From an archaeon (lineage in GTDB: Archaea > Iainarchaeota > Iainarchaeia > Iainarchaeales > JAAZKV01), in assembly GCA_035355675.1 (NCBI GenBank), contig DAOQRN010000004.1, positions 1 through 47,330 on the forward strand: a DNA stretch of 47,330 nucleotides, given 5' to 3'. The position numbers were made by a program, and so were the translations under genes. Each line of letters begins with the position of its first letter. Position 1 is the stretch's first letter. Under the pieces are notes generated by a model. That model was not told the origin of the DNA. It did not search any database and worked only from the letters and a program-made list of their open reading frames with translations. This document shows, one piece after another, positions 1 to 8,689 of this stretch.

Positions 1-201
1 CCAATAGTTTTTGTGTCCTCTTTTTTTTAGGTCCGCTTCTAAATAATCATACATTTTTTCCATGCACTCAACAGACCAAGGTTGAAAGACTAGTGCTCCT
101 TTTACTCCGTACCTAATATCGGCTAGTTCTGCTTTTTGTATAATTTCAGTAAACCATTCGCTAGGGTTAGTGTCATAACTAGGTAATTTTTCTATTGCCA
201 T
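1..201 (-). CDS. proS: Prolyl-tRNA synthetase, N-terminal fragment (gene runs off the left edge)
   Basis: Reverse-strand ATG at 199-201. My translation is MAIEKLPSYDTNPSEWFTEIIQKAELADIRYGVKGALVFQPWSVECMEKMYDYLEADLKKRGHKNYW. This resembles the conserved N-terminus of archaeal/eukaryal-type ProRS (SEW-x-E, KAEL-D-R, VKG). It is absent from the ORF track because no stop lies in the window. Confidence 0.7.
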   Translation of the reverse strand, partial: MAIEKLPSYDTNPSEWFTEIIQKAELADIRYGVKGALVFQPWSVECMEKMYDYLEADLKKRGHKNYW

Positions 202-264
202 TTTTAATCAATCCAAAATTCTATTTTCTAATAACAAAACTAACAACCTAAGAGGTTTTAAAGC

Positions 265-1053
265 TTAATTTTTGGGAACAGATTTACAAAGAGTTCCTAT
301 TACATTATTGCTTTCTATGTTTTCTATTTCTTTACTTGAAGTGACAAAGCAATCGCACCCATTTTTTGTTGCAATTGTTATTGCAGATAATTTGGATTCT
401 ATTCCTCCTCTTCCCCCTTTAGTGTTTTTAAGAATTGCTAGTTCACTAGTGTTATGAAATTCTTTTAATATTTCTCCACTTTTTCCAACAAGTCCTCCTT
501 TTTCTGTAATTATAATTAATATGTCTGCTCTGATTTTTGTTGCAAGGAGGGACGCAAGTGAATCATTATCAGAAAATGATCCATTTTTTCGTAATTCTTC
601 TGTTGCAACAACATCGTTTTCATTTATTATTGGAATTATTCCATGTTCAAACAAAAAATCAAAAGCGTTTTTGATATTGTTCAAACACTCTTTGTTCAAG
701 AGGTCTTGTTGTGACAATAACACTTGTCCCACTTCAAGTCCAATATTTTCAAATCTTTTTTGATATTCGTGCATTAATTTTATTTGTCCAACAGCTGCGA
801 GTCCTTGTTGTTCTTTTACAATTGTAGGAGTAAAATTTGTTGCTTTTTTTCCTAAACCAATTGCTCCGCTACTAACAATACAAATCCTCTTTCCACGCTT
901 TGTAAGTTCTCCTACTTTAAGAGTAAGATTTGTTAGAAACTCTTTATCAATTTCCTCGTTTTTTATTATTGTATTTGTTCCAACTTTTATCATTACTAAA
1001 TTATAATTATTAATATCAAATTCTCTATTTTTTTCCATTAAATTATTTTTCAT
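265..1053 (-). CDS. proB: Glutamate 5-kinase (amino-acid kinase fold, no PUA domain)
   Basis: 262-aa ORF with VMIKVGTNTI, IVSSGAIGLGK, QQGLAAVGQ, PIINENDVVAT and FSDNDSLASLLA motifs typical of ProB. GGGGGT Shine-Dalgarno-like element about 8 nt upstream of the ATG at 1053. Confidence 0.85.
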   Translation of the reverse strand: MKNNLMEKNREFDINNYNLVMIKVGTNTIIKNEEIDKEFLTNLTLKVGELTKRGKRICIVSSGAIGLGKKATNFTPTIVKEQQGLAAVGQIKLMHEYQKRFENIGLEVGQVLLSQQDLLNKECLNNIKNAFDFLFEHGIIPIINENDVVATEELRKNGSFSDNDSLASLLATKIRADILIIITEKGGLVGKSGEILKEFHNTSELAILKNTKGGRGGIESKLSAITIATKNGCDCFVTSSKEIENIESNNVIGTLCKSVPKN

Positions 1054-1322
1054 TTTTTATTACCCCCTAGAAAATGATTTAGTTTTTTTTATTTTTTTGA
1101 AAAAATTGCCCTAAATTATTTTAGTATTTAATTAGGGCAATACGGGGAGAGGTGAAATTAATGAAGAGGATTTAAAAGAAACTTGAATAAGTCTAAAAAG
1201 TAATTTCAAATCCATACACTTAATGCTTTGTTCTTTATTAATAACAAATAACGAGTTTTTAGTGTAATAAATTACATACCTTATTTTGCTTATTTTATTA
1301 ATTAAAATAATAATTTTGGTAT

Positions 1323-1359
1323 TAAAAAAAGAAAGTGAAGGGATTTATTGTCCCTTCAC
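1323..1359 (-). terminator. Hairpin plus oligo-T downstream of the SIMPL-like gene
   Basis: Perfect 9-bp inverted repeat gtgaaggga (1335-1343) / tcccttcac (1351-1359). It is followed on the minus strand by a T-run (A-run 1324-1330 on plus). Confidence 0.5.
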
Positions 1360-1371
1360 AATTAATTTGTT

Positions 1372-2157
1372 TTATTCTAGTTCGTATACTACGCTTACTG
1401 TTGCGCTTACCGATACATCACTTGGTGTGATTGGTGTTGTTGCTTTTACTTCTTCTACTCCTGCACTCATAGCCATATCATAGTTCCTATAATTTGGTGT
1501 GTAGTAGTATGAGTTTTCACTTATACTATTTACTTTTCCAAGAGTTACTCCAAGTCCTGAAGCTATACTTTGTGCTTTTGTTTTAGCCATTTTTGCAGCA
1601 TCAGTTAGTGCAGTTTGTTTTGCTGTTTCTTGTGCTTCTTTTGATAGACTAAATTGTATACTTGATACTCTGTTTGCTCCAGCACTTACTGCTGCATCAA
1701 CTACACTTCCTGTTTTTGTTAAATCACTTAGAGTTACTTTTATTGAGTTTGTTGTTCTAAATCCTTTTGATACTTGTTTTGACCAACTATCTTCCCACTC
1801 AAATTCTTCATTAACTCCGTAGTGTGTTGTTTCTATTTGTGCGTCTTTCACTCCTGCATTTTTTAGTGCAGTTCTAACTTGTTCTGCGATCTTTGCGTTA
1901 TCTTCTTGACTTACACTAGCAGTACTCGCAAGAGTTTCTACTGATAAGTAAATTTCTGCTTGATCTGGAGAAACAAGTTTTTCTACTGTTCCTGTAGCTG
2001 ATAATGTTCTTTGTAACTCTTCCGGACTTCCAGTAGTTACCTTTATTTCATCAGGCAACTTTGGTACCATTAGAGTGGCTGCAAAAAAACCCACTAATAA
2101 CAAAGCAACAATACCAACTGCGAAAACAATTGTATTATTGTTATTTCCTTCCTTCAT
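1372..2157 (-). CDS. Membrane-anchored SIMPL/DUF541-like protein
   Basis: 261-aa ORF. N-terminal TM helix (IVFAVGIVALLLVGFFAATLMV) followed by a domain whose pattern (GTVEKLVSPDQAEIYLSVET, AEQVRTALKNAGV, IETTHYGV) recalls SIMPL/DUF541. GAGGTGG SD 4-5 nt upstream of the ATG. Confidence 0.55.
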   Translation of the reverse strand: MKEGNNNNTIVFAVGIVALLLVGFFAATLMVPKLPDEIKVTTGSPEELQRTLSATGTVEKLVSPDQAEIYLSVETLASTASVSQEDNAKIAEQVRTALKNAGVKDAQIETTHYGVNEEFEWEDSWSKQVSKGFRTTNSIKVTLSDLTKTGSVVDAAVSAGANRVSSIQFSLSKEAQETAKQTALTDAAKMAKTKAQSIASGLGVTLGKVNSISENSYYYTPNYRNYDMAMSAGVEEVKATTPITPSDVSVSATVSVVYELE

Positions 2158-2294
2158 AAAACCACCTCAAAATTGGTTTACTTGTTACTATTATTAAGGA
2201 ATATTGATTTATAAAAGGAAATTCATTTACTTAGGGAAAAACCGAAATAAGAAAAAATGAATAAAATTAAATTTATAATAAAATTAAATTAAGC

Positions 2295-2311
2295 ATGGGG
2301 GATGAGGGAAT
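2295..2311 (-). repeat. Exact 17-nt copy of the 3' end of tRNA-Pro
   Basis: atgggggatgagggaat occurs at 2295-2311 and again at 2375-2391. The second copy is the 3' acceptor strand plus the 3' T-stem strand of the tRNA-Pro gene. The 63 bp between the copies contain two perfect hairpins: cgccaa/ttggcg and gctatctct/agagatagc. Confidence 0.8.
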
Positions 2312-2375
2312 CCCACGCCAATTCCATTTGGCGAAAGGGGTTGCTATCTCTAAAGAGATAGCACGATTTTTTTAA

Positions 2376-2446
2376 TGGGGGATGAGGGAATTGAACCCCC
2401 GCCTGACGCTCCCAAAGCGCCGATCATACCACTAGACTAATCCCCC
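2376..2446 (-). tRNA. tRNA-Pro (anticodon UGG)
   Basis: Hand-folded cloverleaf of the reverse complement. Acceptor GGGGGAT/ATCCCCC, anticodon stem GGCGC/GCGTC, loop UUUGGGA (anticodon UGG), T-arm GGGGG-TTCAATT-CCCTC, discriminator A. No encoded CCA and no intron. Confidence 0.9.
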
Positions 2447-2545
2447 GGCTTCTCAAATCTGACATGATGGCCCATTGCTCTGCAATGGCCCTGTTTAAGT
2501 TGATTAAAATATTTTCTCTCGTGAAAGCTTTTAATATTAGCTTTT

Positions 2546-3022
2546 TCACTTTTTTTCACTCTTTTTTTCCTTTTCGTCTCTTTTATCTATTTTTAGTTCA
2601 AGTTTGTTTTTAATGTAAAATATTCCAAGAAGTATAATCATCCAAATCCAGTTTATTGAAGGGTCTAAAAATATTCCTACTCCCATTATTAAAAAGAATT
2701 GAACACAAAGTCTAATCCAGTGTCGGTGTTTCATTTCTTCTTTATCTTTTATTTTAAGTAACCAAGAAATAAATAATACTATTGTTGCTATTAGGTTTGG
2801 TAATCCAATTAATGTAATAAACATGGCTAAAACAAATCCTGGTGCTAAATCGTCAGCAATATCTTCTGATATTTTTTCAACTCTTCCTGTTTTTCCTACC
2901 CAAACAAATAGGTAAAGTAGTATACATGAGTAGAGTAATCCAAACCAATCGCTTCCCCAAGGATTGAAAAAAGCAAACCCATAAATATACTGACTAAATA
3001 TATCTAACATTAAAGTATTCAT
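2546..3022 (-). CDS. Small polytopic membrane protein, unknown function
   Basis: ORF 2546-3031 (GTG start), with the first ATG at 3022. About 4 predicted TM helices and a Lys/Glu-rich C-terminal tail. No recognisable catalytic motif; the prepilin-peptidase Asp motifs were not seen. Confidence 0.45.
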   Translation of the reverse strand: MNTLMLDIFSQYIYGFAFFNPWGSDWFGLLYSCILLYLFVWVGKTGRVEKISEDIADDLAPGFVLAMFITLIGLPNLIATIVLFISWLLKIKDKEEMKHRHWIRLCVQFFLIMGVGIFLDPSINWIWMIILLGIFYIKNKLELKIDKRDEKEKKSEKK

Positions 3023-3123
3023 TTTTTTCACTAGTTAAATGTTTTTTTACTAATAATTCTTATATAATATAAGTTTTATATACTTAAAATGCTTTAGTTT
3101 TCTAAACAAAATCGGTTTTATTT

Positions 3124-3960
3124 ATGGTTGATGAAGTTATTTTTACAAAGAGCCAATCAATGGGCCCTATACAAATAATTGATTTTGAGGATAGAAAAAA
3201 AGAAAATTTAAAAGTAGAAAAAGAAAATGATTTAGATTTAAGAGTGAGTGGAGAAAAAATTGAGGGAAGAGCAAAAACTGGAATAAAGGGTTTTGATGAA
3301 TTAATTGAAGGTGGGTTTGAAAGAGAATCAATAGTTCTTTTAGTTGGTTCTGCAGGGACTGGAAAAACTCTTTTTGGGTTACAATTTCTCTATGAAGGCG
3401 TAACAAAGTTTGACGAACCTGGAGTATTTATTTCATTTGAAGAAGACAAAGAATCATTATACAAACACTCACTAAATTTTGGTTGGGATTTTAAAAAAAT
3501 AGAAAACCAAAACAAATTCAAATTATTACAATTTAAACCACACCAAGTAACAGCAATACTAGAAGAAGGAGGGGGACAAATAAGAGACTCTCTTGCAGAA
3601 ATTCAAGCAAAAAGAGTAGTAATTGATTCAATAACAGCTTATGGATTATTATTTAATGATGAATATAAAAGAAGAGAAAAAATATTAGAATTTTTTAATT
3701 TATTAAGAAAGTGGGGAGTAACTGCTGTAGTTGTTTGTGAAGATGATCCAGGAAAAATAGAAAAACAAGAAGGAAGTATAGGATTTATTAGTGATGCAAT
3801 AGTTTCATTACATTACAAACACGATGAAGAAAAAGGGATAAGAATACACTCTTTAGAAGTACTAAAAATGAGGGGAACAAGACATACAAATAAGTTATGT
3901 GCAATAAATTTTGAAGATGATGAAGGAATAGTAGTTTACCCTGATGTAGAAGTATTCTAA
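3124..3960 (+). CDS. KaiC/RecA-superfamily ATPase, single domain (ArlH/FlaH-like)
   Basis: Walker A GSAGTGKT, FISFEE catalytic glutamates, Walker B VVIDSI, and the GFDELIEGG motif typical of KaiC-like proteins. Confidence 0.8.
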   Translation: MVDEVIFTKSQSMGPIQIIDFEDRKKENLKVEKENDLDLRVSGEKIEGRAKTGIKGFDELIEGGFERESIVLLVGSAGTGKTLFGLQFLYEGVTKFDEPGVFISFEEDKESLYKHSLNFGWDFKKIENQNKFKLLQFKPHQVTAILEEGGGQIRDSLAEIQAKRVVIDSITAYGLLFNDEYKRREKILEFFNLLRKWGVTAVVVCEDDPGKIEKQEGSIGFISDAIVSLHYKHDEEKGIRIHSLEVLKMRGTRHTNKLCAINFEDDEGIVVYPDVEVF

Positions 3961-4000
3961 AAAAAACTATTTTTAATTATTTTTTATTTAATTTTTCCAA

Positions 4001-4074
4001 TTAATTAAATATTTTACTTAATTAAATATTTTACTTAATTAAATATTTTACTTAATTAAATATTTTACTTAATT
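4001..4074. repeat. 17-bp tandem repeat, 4 full copies plus a partial
   Basis: Unit ttaattaaatattttac at 4001, 4018, 4035 and 4052, all identical, then ttaatt. Lies between convergent genes. Confidence 0.9.
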
Positions 4075-4099
4075 TGATTAGATTAGTTTTTAAATTAAT

Positions 4100-4678
4100 T
4101 TAGTGTTCTAATTCTATTGAAGAAATAAATACTTTTGAATAATCAAATGTTTTTCCACAAAATTGTTTTATTGTTTCAAGAATAGATTCGTTTATTGATT
4201 CCTTGATTGCAAATAAAATTAATGAATGATTTTGCAAACTTGTTTTATTTATAAAAATATAAAAAAATCTAGAAATATTTTTTTGAGAAGTGTGGATAGA
4301 TAAATAGTTTATGGAGTCAAAAAAAATAAGAGTTTCTTTTTGGTTTTTTTTAAGAAATGTTTCAATAGCAATTTGAATTGCAGTTAAATTTGATGGATTA
4401 TTTATATTATAGATTTGTTCTTTTTTTGTATAAATTAAATTTTTTTCATTTGAAACATTTACAATTAAAACATTTTCAGGTATTTCTTTTTGGAAAAAAT
4501 TTTGATAATTTTGAGTAGAAATAAAAATGACTGGTGTTTTTTCTGCAATAAGTGTGTTAAGAGTAAAATTTATTGAAGGTTTTAGTTGTTTTTGGTTAAG
4601 TAAAACTAAAGTACTATTTTTTTTGAAATTACTTAAAACTTCTTTTAAAAAAGGAGTGTTATTTTTTGTAATATCCAT
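4100..4678 (-). CDS. KaiC/RecA-like fold protein lacking a P-loop (paralog of 15687-16367)
   Basis: ORF 4100-4693 (TTG start), with the first ATG at 4678. It shares PVIFISTQNYQNFF, NLTAIQI and LIFFDSINYLS blocks with the 15687 ORF. No GxxxxGK[ST] is visible. Confidence 0.5.
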   Translation of the reverse strand: MDITKNNTPFLKEVLSNFKKNSTLVLLNQKQLKPSINFTLNTLIAEKTPVIFISTQNYQNFFQKEIPENVLIVNVSNEKNLIYTKKEQIYNINNPSNLTAIQIAIETFLKKNQKETLIFFDSINYLSIHTSQKNISRFFYIFINKTSLQNHSLILFAIKESINESILETIKQFCGKTFDYSKVFISSIELEH

Positions 4679-4828
4679 ATTTATCTGATCCAATAGTATT
4701 GTACTTTATTCATATTAATGGTATTTCTTTAATAAAAACCTTACATTAATTTATTCCTTTTATAAGGTTTAAATAGTTTCTATTAGTAATACTTAGTTTA
4801 ATTAACTAGTTTTTTGAATAATCTTGGT

Positions 4829-5896
4829 ATGAAATTAAAAAAAATTAAGGGTCAAACAACTATTGAGTTGTTGATTCTTTTATCCATATCCATGGTTGCG
4901 TTAACAATAATCTTTTCTATTTACATTGATCAATTAAACGCATCATATTCTAATCAAGATTTTTTTTTAGCAAAATCTAGTGTTCAAAAATTAGTTTCTT
5001 CGGCAAATGTGGTTTATTATTCTGGTGCTGGGTCTGAAATAAAAGTTGAATTTGAATTTCCAAGAGATACTGATTTTATTGAAACTGGTTTTTATGGGCC
5101 TGAAATTGTGGTTAAATTAAAAAACGGGCATAGTTATGTTGGTGGGGCAGATGTTAATGTCATTGGGAATTTTAAACCAAATAGTGGAAAAAATGTAGTT
5201 TATATGTTTTATGATGGTAATGTTGTAACAATTCATTATAATGATTTTGAAGTAAATAAACAAAATATTACTTCTTCTATAATTCAAGGTCAACAATTAA
5301 TTACTGATTTTACAATAAGAAATAATACTCAAAAAATAATTAAATTTTATTTAGAGAAAAACTTTTCTCATGAAAAAATTTTATTAAATATTAATTCAAG
5401 TGAAACATTTGAAATACTTCCGGGAGAGATTAAAAAAGTTAATTTAGAGTTTTTATCAAATACAAGTTCTCAAGGGAATTATTCTGGTTTTATTTTAGTT
5501 AAAGGGCAAATTGATGATATTAATTTTTCAAAAAAAATTAATGTTGCTGTTGAAGTTTTGACAAAAAAAAGCGAATTAGTGATTTATCCAAAAATTACTT
5601 CTTTTAATATAAATTACCCAAATCAAGTTGTAAAATCATTTTCTGTCTGTAATAATTCGGTTTTAGATATTGTTATTGATTCATGGGGTTCAAATGGGTC
5701 AGTGGATAAAAATGCTTCCAAATTTATTGAATCTTTACCTAATTTTTACATAATTCCTTCTAAGGATTGCAATTTTTTTGATTTAACTTTTCAAATTGAG
5801 GAAGATACTATCAAAGGAATATACGATGGGAATTTCTTTATAATGTATAATGACTCAAATATAGTGTTTTCTGATATTTTTATCAATGTTGAATAG
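4829..5896 (+). CDS. Pilin-like protein with class III signal peptide
   Basis: The ATG at 4829 gives MKLKKIKG/QTTIELLILLSISMVALTIIF: a basic leader, G-1, Q+1, E+5 and a hydrophobic helix. The mature part is beta-rich and has repeated xNN(S/T) modules (FTIRNNTQ, FSVCNNSV). Confidence 0.65.
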   Translation: MKLKKIKGQTTIELLILLSISMVALTIIFSIYIDQLNASYSNQDFFLAKSSVQKLVSSANVVYYSGAGSEIKVEFEFPRDTDFIETGFYGPEIVVKLKNGHSYVGGADVNVIGNFKPNSGKNVVYMFYDGNVVTIHYNDFEVNKQNITSSIIQGQQLITDFTIRNNTQKIIKFYLEKNFSHEKILLNINSSETFEILPGEIKKVNLEFLSNTSSQGNYSGFILVKGQIDDINFSKKINVAVEVLTKKSELVIYPKITSFNINYPNQVVKSFSVCNNSVLDIVIDSWGSNGSVDKNASKFIESLPNFYIIPSKDCNFFDLTFQIEEDTIKGIYDGNFFIMYNDSNIVFSDIFINVE

Positions 5897-5966
5897 AAAA
5901 ATCACTACTTTTTTCTATAATCTGTTTCTAAAAAACCTTTTTTAACTCAAAGTTTGTTATATATGC

Positions 5967-8204
5967 ATGGTTTCTAGAAAAAATAATTCTATAAAATTCA
6001 ATTTTTTTAAAAATTCTTCTGCTCAAACAACAATTGAAACTTTAATAATTTTCTCAGTTTCTTTATTAATATTAACAATTTTGTTGGGAATGATTTTTAA
6101 TCAATTAGAATTGCAAAGAAATTTTGAACAACAAAAAATGGGTGAAGCATCTCTAAAAATACTTGCTTCTGAAATTAATGATGCATATTTTTTAGGTCCT
6201 GGAACTACAAAAACAATTATAATCAATATTCCTGAATTAACAAATTTTAGAAAATCTTTTATTTATCAAAATAATTTATTGTTAAATGTTGCAGGAACTG
6301 ATTTGCTTCAAACAACAAGTCCAATAGTTAAGGGTAATTGGCCAAGAAATTCAGGAGAATATTCTTTTAAAATCACAGTATTTCCAGATTTTGTTTCATT
6401 AAATGCTGAAGTTTTGGATTTTTCTCCCGAAAAGATTCAAGAAAAAGTCCTTCAATCATCACAAAAACAAGTAAATTTAGTTATAACAAATAATTCTAAT
6501 GAAGTAAAAAACTATTCATTCAACTTGACGACTCCAAACACAACAAAAGTTAATATAACTAATGGGTATGGTTCTAATTCTTTTTCTATTCTTCCTCTCC
6601 AATCAATCATAATTCCATTAACTTTATCTTGTGCTCCTGATTCTTCAGGAACTTATGTTAGTAGTTTAAACTTTGTGTCAGATGTAAGTTTTTCATATCC
6701 AATAATTTTAACTTGTGAATCAGGCCAAGAAAAATTATCAATTTTTCCTGGCACTAAAGAAATATCAAACCCAATAAATATAGAGAATACTGAAGCATTT
6801 TTAGTTTGTAATAATTCTTCTAATGATTTTTATATAAATTTAGGACTTATTGGGGATATAAATTCAGTTGCTTTAGTTGAAGACAATATTTTTATTGAAA
6901 AAAATTCTTGCTCTCAAATTGATTTAAATTTATTTTCTAAAAATGTTGGTTTGTATACTGGTCAATTAAAAATTTCTTCTTCGGGGGTTAGTTCATTTTC
7001 TAATGTTAATATAGATTTTTTTCTACCCCCTTTAAAATATTATTTTAAAACAGTTGAAGATAACAATTTGAATAATTGGTTTTCTTTTGGAAATAATGTG
7101 ACTCAAAGAAGTAGTGATGGTGCTTGGGTGGCTACGGGAGAACTTGATTGGAACAAAGAAAAAGATTTTATTATGAATGGGGGGGATTGGGATCAAAATT
7201 TAATTGCTTATTATAAATTTAATTCAAAAAATCAAGTGAGTGAAAATTGGATGATTTTAGATTCTGTTAGGGGGAATGATGGGAATTTAATAAATGGTGC
7301 AGATCTTAACCAAAATGGGTTGTGGGATTCTAATGCTATTAAATTTGATGGAGTAAATCAATATGTTGAGGTTTTAGATAATATTGATTTGAAATTAAGT
7401 GATAAATTATCCGTATTTGTTTGGATTAATTCTAAGGATATTGATCAATTAACTCAAGGAATTATTGGAAAATATCAAGATGGTAAACGGGAATGGGATC
7501 TTAGAGTTTCTCAAGAAGGAATAAGCGAGCCTCAAGGAAAAATTTCTGTACAATTTGGAACTGAAACTGGATCATATTCAGGCAGGCAATATTCTACAGA
7601 ATCTCACATAATTGAAAATGAATGGGTTTTTGTTGGTTTTACTTTTTCTGAAGGAGTTGTAAAGATTTATTTTAATGGGATTGAAGTCGCCTCAAGTTTG
7701 TTTGGTGGGAGTGTAATACCGATAACTATAAGTAATTTTGATGCGCCTTTAACAATTGGTCAAGATCAAGGATATTATTTTAATGGTTTAATTGATGAAG
7801 TTACTATTTGGGACAAAAATTTGTCTGATGTAGAAATTCTACAATTATATAATTCACATTTATCAGCAAAATTTATAGATAAAAATATTTTAGATGCTGG
7901 TATGGTAGTTGATTGGAATTCAATAAAAATCAATTCAGGTTTTGATTATGGCTTTGGAGAACTTGAAGGTGTGTCAAGTGTTGATCTTAACATATACTCT
8001 TGTAATGATATATTTTGTAGTCAAAAGACATCAAGTCAGTTTATTAGGGATTTGAATAGTGGTTTGTTTGTTCCAGTTTCTATAAATAATTCAAGATTTA
8101 TTGGATTTGATGTCAATTTTAAATTGTTTGAAAAGTACTCTGCGTATGGTGATTATGTTTATGCAGGATCATTTTTAAAAGACATAAATATTGAATATCA
8201 ATAA
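5967..8204 (+). CDS. Large pilin-like surface protein with LamG/concanavalin-A-like lectin domain
   Basis: The N-terminus FFKNSSA/QTTIETLIIFSVSLLILTILL is class III signal-like. A LamG-like block lies at about nt 7270-7855: IKFDGVNQYVEV, LSVFVWINS, WVFVGFTFSEGVVKIYFNG, PLTIGQD, FNGLIDEVTIWDKNLSDVEILQLYN. Confidence 0.7.
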   Translation: MVSRKNNSIKFNFFKNSSAQTTIETLIIFSVSLLILTILLGMIFNQLELQRNFEQQKMGEASLKILASEINDAYFLGPGTTKTIIINIPELTNFRKSFIYQNNLLLNVAGTDLLQTTSPIVKGNWPRNSGEYSFKITVFPDFVSLNAEVLDFSPEKIQEKVLQSSQKQVNLVITNNSNEVKNYSFNLTTPNTTKVNITNGYGSNSFSILPLQSIIIPLTLSCAPDSSGTYVSSLNFVSDVSFSYPIILTCESGQEKLSIFPGTKEISNPINIENTEAFLVCNNSSNDFYINLGLIGDINSVALVEDNIFIEKNSCSQIDLNLFSKNVGLYTGQLKISSSGVSSFSNVNIDFFLPPLKYYFKTVEDNNLNNWFSFGNNVTQRSSDGAWVATGELDWNKEKDFIMNGGDWDQNLIAYYKFNSKNQVSENWMILDSVRGNDGNLINGADLNQNGLWDSNAIKFDGVNQYVEVLDNIDLKLSDKLSVFVWINSKDIDQLTQGIIGKYQDGKREWDLRVSQEGISEPQGKISVQFGTETGSYSGRQYSTESHIIENEWVFVGFTFSEGVVKIYFNGIEVASSLFGGSVIPITISNFDAPLTIGQDQGYYFNGLIDEVTIWDKNLSDVEILQLYNSHLSAKFIDKNILDAGMVVDWNSIKINSGFDYGFGELEGVSSVDLNIYSCNDIFCSQKTSSQFIRDLNSGLFVPVSINNSRFIGFDVNFKLFEKYSAYGDYVYAGSFLKDINIEYQ

Positions 8205-8257
8205 AAATAATAATTTAGGTAAAAAATAATAATTTAGGTAAAAAATAATAATTGGGT
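8203..8257. repeat. 18-19 bp tandem repeat, 3 copies
   Basis: aaaaataataatttaggt / aaaaaataataatttaggt / aaaaaataataattgggt. The array starts inside the stop codon of the LamG gene. Confidence 0.8.
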
Positions 8258-8278
8258 AAAAATAAGAATGTGATTTTT

Positions 8279-8689
8279 ATGTTTAAAAAAATTAATAAAA
8301 AAAATTCTGGCCAAGTTTCAATGGAATTTATAGTTAGTGTAATAATGATTTTGATTATTTTTTTGTTTGGATTAATTATTTTCCAAGACAGGTCTGACTA
8401 TAATTCACTAAAATTCATAAATTGGGAATCTGAATTAATTGCAAATAGGATTGCTAGAAATATTAATAATGTTTATTTGAGTGATGAAAATATTTTTATT
8501 TTGGATTATATTTATTGGGATAATAAAAATTACAAAGTTTTAGTTTTTGATTCGACAGTATCAGTTTTTCATGATTTTGGTTATGCAGATGTTCCCATTT
8601 TTGCTAATGTTGATTTGAGAGTAGAAGATTTTAATGGTCCAGTAATTTTTGAGAAAAAAGATAATTTAGTAATTGTGAGGTATCCTTAA
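8279..8689 (+). CDS. Pilin-like protein with class III signal peptide
   Basis: The ATG at 8279 (in frame with track ORF 8252) gives MFKKINKKNSG/QVSMEFIVSVIMILIIFLF. Confidence 0.6.
   Translation: MFKKINKKNSGQVSMEFIVSVIMILIIFLFGLIIFQDRSDYNSLKFINWESELIANRIARNINNVYLSDENIFILDYIYWDNKNYKVLVFDSTVSVFHDFGYADVPIFANVDLRVEDFNGPVIFEKKDNLVIVRYP

Noticed and set aside
272-763. Plus-strand ORFs 272-457 and 521-763
   Set aside because: They are antisense to proB, whose frame carries the full set of amino-acid-kinase motifs.
2281-2375. Second or split tRNA gene downstream of tRNA-Pro
   Set aside because: Only the last 17 nt of the tRNA are duplicated. No matching 5' acceptor strand, D-arm or anticodon arm can be folded.
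2546-3031. Small membrane protein as the missing prepilin peptidase
   Set aside because: It is only ~160 aa with about 4 TM helices. It lacks the two conserved Asp motifs of A24 peptidases, including GxGD-type.
4001-4074. 17-bp tandem repeat as a CRISPR array
   Set aside because: Units are directly adjacent with no spacers and are far shorter than CRISPR repeats. No cas genes are nearby.
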